Made by a program: the position numbers and the translations under genes. The notes under the pieces are model-generated. The model saw nothing but the letters and a program-made list of their open reading frames with translations. It was not told the origin of the DNA and ran no database searches. From an uncultured Planctomycetia bacterium (GTDB taxonomy: Bacteria > Omnitrophota > Gorgyraeia > Duberdicusellales > 4484-171): a stretch of 64,000 nt of DNA. Below, piece by piece: positions 1-9,415 of the stretch (positions are counted from its first letter, which is position 1; each line of letters begins with the position of its first letter). The stretch is from the NCBI GenBank assembly GCA_964536865.1, contig CAZHYN010000001.1, forward strand, positions 97,824 to 161,823, given 5' to 3'.

Positions 1-1
1 T

Positions 2-718
2 TTACTTCTATTTATAGGAGCGATCATTGTTTCTTTTGTTGCGATTAGAATTGGTGCGGTTGCCTTCCACTTAACGGGACTCGAGTGGTCTCTGGCAAAA
101 TTCCAAGCCCTTTCTTGCTTTAGTGGTACAGGTTTTACTACTAAAGAGTCAGAGCTTGTAGTGGGACACCCTCAGAGGAGACGGATTGCTTCTGTCCTTA
201 TGATTTTAGGAAATGCAGGATTTGTAACTCTAATTGCCACTTTTGCTAATTCCTTAAGACCAAATACCTATCTTGCTCAGTTTAAACTTCCCTTCTTTGG
301 AATCTTTCTCCCTTCTTGGGTTGCTCCTTGGGCGAATTTAGCTATTATTGTATTTTCCTTATTCGTCATCTATCGCTTCTTTACTTATAGAAAAGTAATA
401 GAGAAATTCACGAATTTTTTGAGAGAGCGCCTTATAAGAAAAGAGATCGTTAAACCTCTATCCTTTGAAGAGATTATTATAGCTACAGGAGGTTATGGGG
501 TCTCCAGCGTAGAGGTATTAAGTGATTCTCCTATAGTAAATAAGACCCTTTATGAGGCAGCTTTAAGGAACTATGATATTAATATTCTAGCTATAGAAAG
601 AGAGAAGAGAATTATCCCTAATCCTCCTGCGGAAACAAAGATTGTTTTGGGAGATAGGTTAATATGTTTTGGGAAATTGGATAACATTCGCCAAAATTTA
701 TGCCCAGCTTCTAAGTAA
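2..718 (+). CDS. membrane protein with C-terminal TrkA-C (RCK_C) domain, 5' end outside window
   Basis: Open frame runs from the window edge (frame 2) into ORF 161..718. N-terminal hydrophobic segments plus a C-terminal RCK_C-like region (LYEAALRNYDINILAIEREKRII...VLGDRLICFG). Paralogous to 3541..4314. Confidence 0.6.
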   Translation, partial: LLLFIGAIIVSFVAIRIGAVAFHLTGLEWSLAKFQALSCFSGTGFTTKESELVVGHPQRRRIASVLMILGNAGFVTLIATFANSLRPNTYLAQFKLPFFGIFLPSWVAPWANLAIIVFSLFVIYRFFTYRKVIEKFTNFLRERLIRKEIVKPLSFEEIIIATGGYGVSSVEVLSDSPIVNKTLYEAALRNYDINILAIEREKRIIPNPPAETKIVLGDRLICFGKLDNIRQNLCPASK

Positions 719-756
719 GAGGATAGGTAATTGTTTAAACTAGGAAGAGAGGTGTT

Positions 757-1122
757 ATGTTGACAAAAATCCTAGGTTGGTCATTCATTATTTTAGGGAT
801 ATTTTTTTTCTTAAGACCGGCTTTCTTTAAAAAGATAGTAGAGAGGAAAAGCATTAAGAAGACAAGAAAGCTCCTCTTTATTCTTGCTACCAGTGTAGGA
901 ACTCTTTTTATTTATGCTTCTTGGAGGATGAAGGGATTTTTACCTAAGTTCATAATGGGACTAGGGGTAGTTAGTATTATTAAAGGTTTCTTCTTCCTAA
1001 GAGGAAAGATTTCCGGAAAACTATTAGATTGGTTTTCCCGGAAGCCACTAATCTACTTTAAGTTTCTTTCTTTAATCTATATTGTGATGGGATTATTAAT
1101 TCTAGTGGGACTTAAGAAGTAA
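757..1122 (+). CDS. small integral membrane protein, hypothetical
   Basis: 121 aa, 3-4 predicted hydrophobic helices; no recognisable motif. Confidence 0.4.
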   Translation: MLTKILGWSFIILGIFFFLRPAFFKKIVERKSIKKTRKLLFILATSVGTLFIYASWRMKGFLPKFIMGLGVVSIIKGFFFLRGKISGKLLDWFSRKPLIYFKFLSLIYIVMGLLILVGLKK

Positions 1123-1575
1123 TCTTTCTGTTCCTTTTTTATGAGGCTACTTAGCATTATATTAGTTTTCATTTACTCTATTTGCTTTGTTCAAGAAAAA
1201 GAGAGATTAATAGAGTATGACTTTGGGGGATATCTCAATCAGGCATAGTAAAACATAAGTTTCAAATTGAAGAATATTAAGAGTGTGATAGCCTTATATG
1301 AATGCGTTCAAGTAAGAGTCTATAGAGAAAAGCGAAATTTGAAGTTATCTTCCTATACTGTAGAGATAGAATTTAATCCCCAAGGGTATAGGGGAGATAC
1401 TACGTAAGATGTTTTTCTTCTCGATGATGAGAACAAACTGATTCGTTTAAGGATTAAGGCATTTATAAAGTCCAAATAGTGCAGCTCTATTTCAATCTTC
1501 CTTTAAGTAAGAATTTTGGTGTAGACAAAAATAAAAAATTATATAAAATAGAAAACTCAGCAAAAAGGAGGAAAG

Positions 1576-3525
1576 ATGCAACATATTCTTACTCTCTCCT
1601 TAGGATTTTTAGGAATTATGTTTGCTTTGGGAACTTACTATTCTGTGAAGAGGAGAAGTGAAGGTAGCAAGTTAATGAGAGAGATTGCGTCTCAAATTCA
1701 TATGGGAGCGATGATCTTTTTAAGGAGAGAGTATACAGTGATTGCTATATTTGTTAGTATAGTATTTTTAGTTTTAGTTAAATTTCTAAGTTTAGGCACA
1801 GCCCTTTCCTATCTCCTTGGTGCTCTCTGTTCAATGAGTGCAGGTTTCTTAGGAATGCAAGCGACAACCCGTGCCAGTGCCAGGACTACACAAGCAGCTA
1901 TCCAGGGAGGTACCCCTTTAGCTTTGGAAGTAGCTTTTCGTGGAGGATCGGTAATGGGGATAGCGGTAGCTTCCTTAGGATTACTGGGTTTAGGTATTGT
2001 TTACTTTTTTACTAAAGAGCCTTACATAATCAACGGGTTTGCCATGGGAGCGTCTTCGGTAGCTTTATTTGCTCGTGTAGGAGGAGGTATTTATACTAAG
2101 AGTGCTGATATTGGTGCAGATTTAGTAGGGAAAGTGGAAGAGAATATTCCTGAAGATGATCCTAGGAATCCTGGAGTTATTGCTGATAATGTAGGTGACT
2201 GTGTAGGAGACACTGCAGGAATGGGAGCGGATTTATTTGAATCTTATGTAGGCTCAGTAGTGGCTACTATTGCTATTGGTGCAACGTTATCATCTCCTTT
2301 TAAATGGATGTTTTTGCCTTTAGGGTTAATCTGTGCAGGTTTAGTTTCTTCTCTTATAGGGATTCTTTCTATAAATATTCTAAAAAAGATTACTCCTCAA
2401 GCAGCACTGAGATATGCAACTTATGTAAGTGGAGTATTCTTTGTATTGTTTTCCTACTCTCTTACTAAGATATTTATCAGTAATTTGGCTGTCTTTTACT
2501 CCGTTTTAAGTGGGCTTATAGCAGGAATCCTAATTGGTTTAGAGAGTGAATTTTTTACCAGTGGTCCTCCTATAAGAGTAGTAGCAAGAAGTTCTCAATC
2601 AGGAGCAGCGACCACAATAATTACTGGATTAGCGGTTGGGTTTGAGAGCACGATTATGCCTGTTTTAACTATTGCAGCTTCTACTTACCTTGCTTATCGC
2701 TTCTCTGGTCTTTATGGAATTGCAATATCCGCGGTGGGAATGCTTTCTACTATTGGGATAGTTATGTCTACTGATTCCTACGGTCCTATCGCTGATAATG
2801 CAGGAGGGATAGCAGAGATGTCTCATCAGCCTTCGGGGATTAGGAAGGTTACTGATAGGCTTGATGCTTTGGGTAATACTACCGCTGCTATAGGGAAAGG
2901 ATTTGCTATAGGTTCCGCAGCTCTAACTGCCTTAGCTTTATTCTCTGCCTATCAGCGAACAGCAAAGATTAGTTTGATAGATTTGGCTGAAGTTACTACT
3001 GTAGTAGGGTTGCTCCTTGGGGCTTTAATGCCCTTTGTTATTGCAGCTTTAACTTTGAAAGCAGTAGGCAGAACCGCAAATAAAATGGTTATGGAGATAC
3101 GGAGACAGTTTCGTGAGATTATAGGTTTACGTCAAGGAAAGGCTAAGCCAGAGACTGCAAAATGTATAGATATAGTGACTAAAGGAGCTTTGAGAGAGAT
3201 GATTTTGCCAGGATTGTTAGCTTTAATTGCTCCTTTATCTATTGGTTTTCTTATGGGCAAACAAGCCTTGGGAGGATTTCTAGCAGGTGCATTGAGTTGT
3301 GGAGTCCTTTTAGGGATAATGATGGTTAATGGAGGAGCCACTTGGGATAATGCTAAGAAGTGGATTGAAGAAGGTAACTTAGGCGGAAAAGGAACCCCCA
3401 CTCATCAAGCAGCAGTGGTAGGAGATACGGTAGGAGATCCTTTCAAAGATACCACTGGACCATCAATGAATATCTTAATTAAGCTTATGGCAATAGTGTC
3501 TTTAGTTTTTGCTCCTTTACTTTGA
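1576..3525 (+). CDS. hppA: membrane-bound proton/sodium-translocating pyrophosphatase
   Basis: 649 aa polytopic protein with hallmark H+-PPase motifs ([45 protein letters not shown]). RBS AAAGGAGG upstream. Confidence 0.9.
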   Translation: MQHILTLSLGFLGIMFALGTYYSVKRRSEGSKLMREIASQIHMGAMIFLRREYTVIAIFVSIVFLVLVKFLSLGTALSYLLGALCSMSAGFLGMQATTRASARTTQAAIQGGTPLALEVAFRGGSVMGIAVASLGLLGLGIVYFFTKEPYIINGFAMGASSVALFARVGGGIYTKSADIGADLVGKVEENIPEDDPRNPGVIADNVGDCVGDTAGMGADLFESYVGSVVATIAIGATLSSPFKWMFLPLGLICAGLVSSLIGILSINILKKITPQAALRYATYVSGVFFVLFSYSLTKIFISNLAVFYSVLSGLIAGILIGLESEFFTSGPPIRVVARSSQSGAATTIITGLAVGFESTIMPVLTIAASTYLAYRFSGLYGIAISAVGMLSTIGIVMSTDSYGPIADNAGGIAEMSHQPSGIRKVTDRLDALGNTTAAIGKGFAIGSAALTALALFSAYQRTAKISLIDLAEVTTVVGLLLGALMPFVIAALTLKAVGRTANKMVMEIRRQFREIIGLRQGKAKPETAKCIDIVTKGALREMILPGLLALIAPLSIGFLMGKQALGGFLAGALSCGVLLGIMMVNGGATWDNAKKWIEEGNLGGKGTPTHQAAVVGDTVGDPFKDTTGPSMNILIKLMAIVSLVFAPLL

Positions 3526-3540
3526 TTAAATCTAATAAAG

Positions 3541-4314
3541 ATGATTGCCCTGTTTAGCTTTTTAACGATTGTAGTCCTCTCTATAATTGTTGTAAGAATT
3601 GGGGCAATAGCTTTAGAACTTACTGGGTTATCTCCTGAGGTAGCTTCCTTCCAAGCTCAATCAGCATTTTCAGGAGTAGGTTTTACTACTACTGAATCAG
3701 AAGCTATAGTCAATCATTACCTTAGACGGAGGATTGTTCGTCTTCTTATGCTTTTGGGCGGTGCAGGGATTACTTCCTCCATCGCTACTCTTGTTTTGAC
3801 TTTCATAGGAGAGGGAGGGAGAGGAGTTGCTTTGAGAGGTACAATTTTAGGAGGAGGGTTGTTAGTGATTTTTCTCTTTGCTCGTTCAAAATATATCTAT
3901 AATTTTACTAAAAAAATAATTGTAAAAGGACTGAATAGATATGCTACTTTACGTCTCTATGATTATGAGGAGATGTTGGGTCTGAGTAAAGGTTATACTA
4001 TATCAAGAATCACTGTAAGGGATGATAGTTGGTTAAGTAACAGAGCTTTAAAAGATTTAAACTTGGAGTTAGAGGGAGTACTTATTCTTGCTATTTACCG
4101 TAAGATAGGGAGTGAAGAGAAATTTATTGGTGCTCCACGAGGGGATACGGTAATAAAACCTGGTGATGTTCTCATATGTTATGCTCGTCATGATGTAGCT
4201 AAAGCTCTTTCCCAAAGAGTTAAGGGAACAGAAGGTGATAGAGAACATGCTCTCTGCGTTGAGGAAGAAAGAAAACTTTGCGATATGAGAAGAGTTCGAG
4301 GAGGATTTGATTAA
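3541..4314 (+). CDS. membrane protein with TrkA-C (RCK_C) domain, paralog of 2..718
   Basis: N-terminal TM region highly similar to the first gene ([24 protein letters not shown]). C-terminal RCK_C-like fold ([32 protein letters not shown]...[11 protein letters not shown]). Confidence 0.6.
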   Translation: MIALFSFLTIVVLSIIVVRIGAIALELTGLSPEVASFQAQSAFSGVGFTTTESEAIVNHYLRRRIVRLLMLLGGAGITSSIATLVLTFIGEGGRGVALRGTILGGGLLVIFLFARSKYIYNFTKKIIVKGLNRYATLRLYDYEEMLGLSKGYTISRITVRDDSWLSNRALKDLNLELEGVLILAIYRKIGSEEKFIGAPRGDTVIKPGDVLICYARHDVAKALSQRVKGTEGDREHALCVEEERKLCDMRRVRGGFD

Positions 4315-4319
4315 AATAG

Positions 4320-5015
4320 ATGAAAAGTTTCCTGCTTTCTCCTAATACTTTAACTCTTTTTCTAGAATGCCCACGATGTTTTTGGTTCCACATAATTAAG
4401 GGGCAAGATTTTCGTCGTCCAGAATTTCCTACTTCTACTCTCCCTCGTGGAATGGATAGTTTGATAAAGAAATATTTCGATAATTATCGCAAGAAGAACC
4501 TTCTTCCTCCGGAGATTGCCCATATAGAGAATGCTTCCTTAGTAGATGAAGAGACAATAAGCAGGTGGCGATATTGGAAAACAGGGCTCTTTTTCCAAGA
4601 TAGAGATGGTTCAAAGTTATACGGTGCTTTAGATGAGTGCCTTATCGTGGAAGGATCCTATATACCCCTTGACTATAAGACCAGGGGATTTAAGCTTAAG
4701 GAAGATTCAGCTTCTTATTATACTTTCCAGATGAGTTGTTATAATTTTCTCCTCCAGAGCAATGGATATAAAGTTAAAGATTATGCTTACCTTGTTTTTT
4801 ATGTACCCTTACAACTATCCCAGGAAGGGGTGGTTCGTTTCGATATTCAGGTAGTAAAGGTAAAAACTCTATCTTCTCAAAAAGTATACCATATCTTTAA
4901 AGAAGCAGTAGAGTGTCTCAGTCTTTCTTCGCCTCCTCCTGCTAGGGATTGTAAGTTTTGTCGTTGGGCAGAGAAGACAGTCAAATGGAAGGAAGAACAG
5001 ATTCAGTTATTCTAA
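4320..5015 (+). CDS. Cas4/DUF83-like PD-(D/E)XK nuclease with Cys cluster
   Basis: N-terminal SPNTLTLFLECPRCFWF resembles the Cas4/RecB-family signature S-x-S-x-L...CPRxxY. Internal D...E-x-K-like residues (GALDECLIVEG...LDYKT). C-terminal CKFCRW Cys pair. Confidence 0.55.
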   Translation: MKSFLLSPNTLTLFLECPRCFWFHIIKGQDFRRPEFPTSTLPRGMDSLIKKYFDNYRKKNLLPPEIAHIENASLVDEETISRWRYWKTGLFFQDRDGSKLYGALDECLIVEGSYIPLDYKTRGFKLKEDSASYYTFQMSCYNFLLQSNGYKVKDYAYLVFYVPLQLSQEGVVRFDIQVVKVKTLSSQKVYHIFKEAVECLSLSSPPPARDCKFCRWAEKTVKWKEEQIQLF

Positions 5016-5062
5016 GGTAAGGGGTATTAGTTGGTGTTTTCAGTTTATAGGAGGTGTAGATT

Positions 5063-5380
5063 ATGGAAGTGAAAGTAGATGGTAATAATTTTCAAGAAGA
5101 AGTTTTAAATTCTTCTCTCCCTGTTTTGGTAGATTTCTGGGCACAGTGGTGTGCTCCCTGTCTGATGTTAGTTCCCATCATCAATGAGATTGCTGAGGAG
5201 TACCGAGGAAAGTTAAAAGTAGTTAGATTGAACATTGAAGAGGCATTTGGGATAGCAACTCGTTATGGAATAATGAATATTCCTACCCTTATGATTTTTA
5301 AAGAGGGTAAAGTAATGGGTAAGGTTGTAGGAGTTCTACCTAAGAGAGAGATAGTAAAGTTCTTTCAACCTTACATATAG
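5063..5380 (+). CDS. trxA: thioredoxin
   Basis: 105 aa with active site WCAPC (WAQWCAPCLM) and typical Trx fold length. RBS GGAGG upstream. Confidence 0.85.
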   Translation: MEVKVDGNNFQEEVLNSSLPVLVDFWAQWCAPCLMLVPIINEIAEEYRGKLKVVRLNIEEAFGIATRYGIMNIPTLMIFKEGKVMGKVVGVLPKREIVKFFQPYI

Positions 5381-5649
5381 ATGCTAATTTATACTCATCA
5401 CACTCAGTGGTTCATAAAGAAAATATTCCTTTATTTTGCTCACTTCCCTAAGATTTTTTAAGTTTTTAGTCTCCCTGTAGATTTGAAATAATCTTGATAA
5501 TTTTTAACACAGGATGAATAGTTACAGTCATGTTTTGTGATTTTTTTAAGAAAGGAGACCATAGTATTAAGGAGAAAGAAACCTCAATTTATTCTATTTG
5601 ATTTTTTTCAAAATTAGTTTAGAATTGTATTTACTAGAAAGGAGTAGTC

Positions 5650-5970
5650 ATGATACGTTTTGAAGATTTTTCCAAGTTAGATCTAAGGGTGGGTAAGATC
5701 TTAGAGGTAAGCGATCATCCTAACGCAGAGAAACTTTACCTTTTAAAGGTGGATATTGGAGAGAGGATAATTCAACTAGTAGCAGGCTTAAAACAGTGGT
5801 ATACAAGTAAAGATTTACAGGGAAAATTAATTGTGGTAGTAGTTAACTTAGAGCCTAAAAAATTGAGAGGATTTCTATCTCAAGGAATGCTCCTGGCTGC
5901 CCAATCTCATGATAAGGTAGTACTGATTTCTCCTCAAGAAGATATTGCTCCAGGAAGTGTGATAAAATGA
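5650..5970 (+). CDS. tRNA-binding (Myf/EMAP/CsaA-like) domain protein
   Basis: 106 aa OB-fold tRNA-binding domain pattern (DLRVGKILEV...HPNAEKLYLLKVDIGE...QLVAGL). Confidence 0.7.
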   Translation: MIRFEDFSKLDLRVGKILEVSDHPNAEKLYLLKVDIGERIIQLVAGLKQWYTSKDLQGKLIVVVVNLEPKKLRGFLSQGMLLAAQSHDKVVLISPQEDIAPGSVIK

Positions 5971-5979
5971 AAGTTTAGT

Positions 5980-6390
5980 ATGAAAACAAGATATATAAAT
6001 CTATCCACTAAGGGGAATACCGATATTATTGATATCACTCCTTATTTAGAGAAGCTAGTTAAAGAGGAAAAGGTAAAAGAAGGAATCATCTTTTTAAATG
6101 TGATTGGCTCAACAGCAGGTTTAACTACCATGGAATACGAACCTGGTCAGATTAAGGATTTGAAAAATATTTTTGAGAGAATTATCCCTTACCGTAAGGA
6201 TTATGCTCACAATTTTACTTGGCATGATGATAACGCTCACTCCCACCTGCGAAGTTCTCTTATAAAGACTAATTTTTTTGTTCCTGTAACAGGAGGCAGA
6301 TTGGATTTAGGTACTTGGCAACAGGTAGTTTTAGTCGATTTTGACATTCGTCCTCGACAACGAAAAATTGTGGTAAAGATACTCACCTAA
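5980..6390 (+). CDS. YjbQ/UPF0047 family protein (secondary thiamine-phosphate synthase family)
   Basis: 136 aa with characteristic YjbQ motifs (IDITPYL...GIIFLNVIGSTAGLTTMEYEPG...HSHLRSSL). Confidence 0.7.
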   Translation: MKTRYINLSTKGNTDIIDITPYLEKLVKEEKVKEGIIFLNVIGSTAGLTTMEYEPGQIKDLKNIFERIIPYRKDYAHNFTWHDDNAHSHLRSSLIKTNFFVPVTGGRLDLGTWQQVVLVDFDIRPRQRKIVVKILT

Positions 6391-7202
6391 TGGGAGAATT
6401 TTCTCTCTCTTCCAAAAATTTAGTATTTATAGATGTAGAAACCACGGGTCTTACTCCTCAAGGAGGAGATGCTATATGCGAGATAGGAGCAGTAAAATTT
6501 GATATTCAAGAAAGGATAGTCGATAAATTCCATACTTTAACTAATCCTAAAAGAGAAATTCCTCCTCAAGCAAGTTTAATTCATGGTATCTATACCAGAG
6601 ATGTAGAGGATGCTCCTTATTTTGAAGAAATAGTTGCTTCTTTATTGGATTTTTTAGAAGATTCTATTCTCTGTGGGTATAACATAGGTTTTGATTTAGG
6701 ATTTATAAATAGAGAGTTAGAAAAAATAAATTACCCTCCCCTGCATCCTCCTGCTATAGATGTTCTTCTTATGGCAAGGAGTGTTTTACCTCAGCTTCCT
6801 CGTTATAGTTTACCTTCGGTAGCCCGCTATCTGAATATAGAAGTGAGAAATTTCCATCGTGCTCTCCAAGACAGTTTGCTTACCAGAGAGGTTTTTCAAC
6901 GAATACGAGCTAATTTAAAAGATAAGGGAATAGAGAGAATAGAAGATATCTTGTCTCTATATGGATTGAATAACGCATTTTTTAAGAAATTTCAAGAGCC
7001 CAAACTAGCTCTGATAAGAGAATGTATTTTAGCAAAGGTTAAAGTTAAGATTGTTTATCTTGATTCTGGAGGAAGGGTTTCTGCATTTATAGTGGTACCT
7101 CAAGGTATTCAAAAAAATAAAGATACTTATCTAGTAGGAAAGGTTTCCCGGGAAGAGATTGTATTAAATGTTAAGCAAATCCTCCAGATAGAGATTTTTT
7201 GA
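6390..7202 (+). CDS. DnaQ-like 3'-5' exonuclease (DNA polymerase III epsilon family) with C-terminal extension
   Basis: Exo I/II/III motifs (VFIDVETTGL, GYNIGFDLGFI, FHRALQD). Confidence 0.7.
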   Translation: MGEFSLSSKNLVFIDVETTGLTPQGGDAICEIGAVKFDIQERIVDKFHTLTNPKREIPPQASLIHGIYTRDVEDAPYFEEIVASLLDFLEDSILCGYNIGFDLGFINRELEKINYPPLHPPAIDVLLMARSVLPQLPRYSLPSVARYLNIEVRNFHRALQDSLLTREVFQRIRANLKDKGIERIEDILSLYGLNNAFFKKFQEPKLALIRECILAKVKVKIVYLDSGGRVSAFIVVPQGIQKNKDTYLVGKVSREEIVLNVKQILQIEIF

Positions 7203-7522
7203 TGGAGAGAATTCAGTTGCGCGTAAAAGGGGTAGTTCAAGAAGTAGGTTTTATTATAGATGCTTGCTTATCAGTGTCAAACTAGTTCCATTATACTTTG
7301 GCTTGCATTGTAAGAGATGTATGTGTTAAAATAAGGGAAAATTATAAACTGAACAAAGTGGTTTTAAGTGAGGAAGAGTTTCAAAACGGTCATTCCTATT
7401 AAATTTGAGAAATAAAGTAAATGTTAGGGAAATCCTGGTAACCCCATACTTATACTTTGATTTGTATGCCCGGGATATGTTTCTGTTATATGTTAAGTTA
7501 GGTTATAAGTAAGGAGGAGAGG

Positions 7523-8005
7523 ATGGATGAGATTTTAGAAATTTTGGAAGAAAATGCTCGAATACCCATTGAGGATTTAGCTAGGTTGGTTAAAAAGAGT
7601 AAGAAAGAGGTAGAGCAGACAATAAGAAAATATGAGAAGAAAGGGGTTATTGCTAAGTATAAGACGATAATAAATAAGGGGCGTCTTAAAGAGGAGATTC
7701 CTGTAGTGGCTCTCATTGAAGTAAGAGTTACTCCTCAGAAGGATGTGGGATTTGATAACATTGCCCAGCGTATCTACCGCTTTCCTGAAGTTAGAAGTTG
7801 TTACCTTCTTTCTGGTACTTACGATTTACTCTTAGTAGTAGAAGGAAGAGATATCCAGACTGTAGCTCGCTTTGTTTCTGAAAAATTAGCACCTCTAAGT
7901 AGCGTTAAGGGCACTACCACGCACTTTATGTTGAAGAAGTACAAAGAAGATGGAGTGATTTTTGTAAAAGAAGAAAGGAATAAAAGGTTAACCATTACCT
8001 ACTGA
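7523..8005 (+). CDS. Lrp/AsnC family transcriptional regulator
   Basis: 160 aa with N-terminal HTH (ILEILEENARIPIEDLARLV) and C-terminal RAM domain. Confidence 0.8.
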   Translation: MDEILEILEENARIPIEDLARLVKKSKKEVEQTIRKYEKKGVIAKYKTIINKGRLKEEIPVVALIEVRVTPQKDVGFDNIAQRIYRFPEVRSCYLLSGTYDLLLVVEGRDIQTVARFVSEKLAPLSSVKGTTTHFMLKKYKEDGVIFVKEERNKRLTITY

Positions 8006-8006
8006 G

Positions 8007-9161
8007 ATGATTTCTAAAAGAGTAGAAAAAGTTCCCCCTTCAGGGATTAGAGAATTTTTTGATTTAGTTCTAAGTAGACCCAATATTATCTCTTTAGGAG
8101 TAGGTGAGCCTGATTTTATAGCTCCCTGGAGAGTAAGGGAAAGAGCAATCACTGCTTTAGAGGAGGGTTTTACCTCTTATACTTCTAACAAGGGATTAAA
8201 GGTCTTAAGAAAACTCATAGCTAGCTATTTAAAGAAAAAATATGGATTAAATTACAATTCTGAGGATGAAATTCTGATTACTGTAGGAGTAAGTCAGGGT
8301 TTAGATTTAGCTCTACGAACTATAATCGATCCCCAAGATAAAGTAGTAGTGGTGAGTCCTCATTATGTAGCTTACCCTGCTTTGGTAGAGTTAAATCTAG
8401 GGAAAGTAGTCTTTCTTGAAACTACTTTTCAGGAGGACTTTAAAGTGAACTTAAAAGAATTACATAGAATCCTGAAGAAAGAAAAACCAAAAGCGATTAT
8501 CTTAAATTACCCCTCTAACCCTACTGGAGTCACTTACTCTAAGGAAGAGTTAAAAAGGATGTGGAGTATTTTGTCAAAAGAAGATGTAGTGATAATAAGT
8601 GATGAGATTTACGGAGAGATAGTTTACAAGGACTCCCATACTTCACTGGCTTCTCTTAAGGGTGCTAAGTCTAAGGTTATTCTTCTTAATGGATTCTCCA
8701 AGGGATGGGCAATGACAGGATTTAGAATAGGTTATGCCTGCGGTCCTAAAAGAGTAATTGAAGGGATGATGAAAATTCATTCTTTTAGTATGCTTTGTGC
8801 TCCTATAATTTCTCAAATTGCAGGCGAGGAAGCTCTTAAGTGTTGGGGAGAAGTAGAGGCTATGGTTAAGGAGTATCGACGCCGTAGGGATTTTATTGTG
8901 AAGGAATTAGATAGAATAGGTTTAGATACAGTAAAACCCGAAGGAGCTTTCTATTGTTTTCCTTCTTTGAAGAGATACAAAATAGATTCTTTGGAGTTTG
9001 CTAAGAGACTCCTTTTAGAAGAGAAGATAGCAGTAGTTCCAGGGAAGGCTTTTGGTGCTTCTTATCAGGAGTTTATAAGGATCTCTTATGCTAATTCCTT
9101 AGAAAATTTAAAAGAAGCAATTGTAAGAATAGAGAGGTTTCTTAAAAATTATGGGTTATAG
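8007..9161 (+). CDS. pyridoxal-phosphate-dependent aminotransferase, class I/II (aspartate aminotransferase-like)
   Basis: 384 aa with LGVGEPDF N-terminal motif and PLP-lysine context SKGWAMTGFRIGY. Confidence 0.8.
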   Translation: MISKRVEKVPPSGIREFFDLVLSRPNIISLGVGEPDFIAPWRVRERAITALEEGFTSYTSNKGLKVLRKLIASYLKKKYGLNYNSEDEILITVGVSQGLDLALRTIIDPQDKVVVVSPHYVAYPALVELNLGKVVFLETTFQEDFKVNLKELHRILKKEKPKAIILNYPSNPTGVTYSKEELKRMWSILSKEDVVIISDEIYGEIVYKDSHTSLASLKGAKSKVILLNGFSKGWAMTGFRIGYACGPKRVIEGMMKIHSFSMLCAPIISQIAGEEALKCWGEVEAMVKEYRRRRDFIVKELDRIGLDTVKPEGAFYCFPSLKRYKIDSLEFAKRLLLEEKIAVVPGKAFGASYQEFIRISYANSLENLKEAIVRIERFLKNYGL

Positions 9162-9415
9162 GAGAGTAAAGATAGGAAAAAGGATACTAAAAGGATTTTG
9201 CATTTCCCTATGTAAGAAGAAGTTGGTAGGGTTGGTGGGGAAGAAGGGATATATTATGTGTGGATATCTTGATTTAAAAACCGCTGATAAGTTTAGAGAG
9301 GTTGCTGTGAAGGTAAAAGGAGTTGATAACATAGATAGTCTTCTGAAAGCAAAAGTTTTTGCCTTATCGAGAGAAGCAAAGAAGTTAGGCATCTATAAAA
9401 ATCAGTCTATAAGAG

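Noticed and set aside
1479-1661. 60-aa ORF upstream of and overlapping hppA
   Set aside because: Lies in the AT-rich promoter/RBS region of hppA and overlaps its start. No coding features.
3132-3401. Antisense ORF inside hppA (and similar antisense ORFs at 10634, 34383, 39499, 41190, 55885 etc.)
   Set aside because: Each is embedded opposite a strongly supported long gene. Proline/serine-rich translations are typical of antisense frames.
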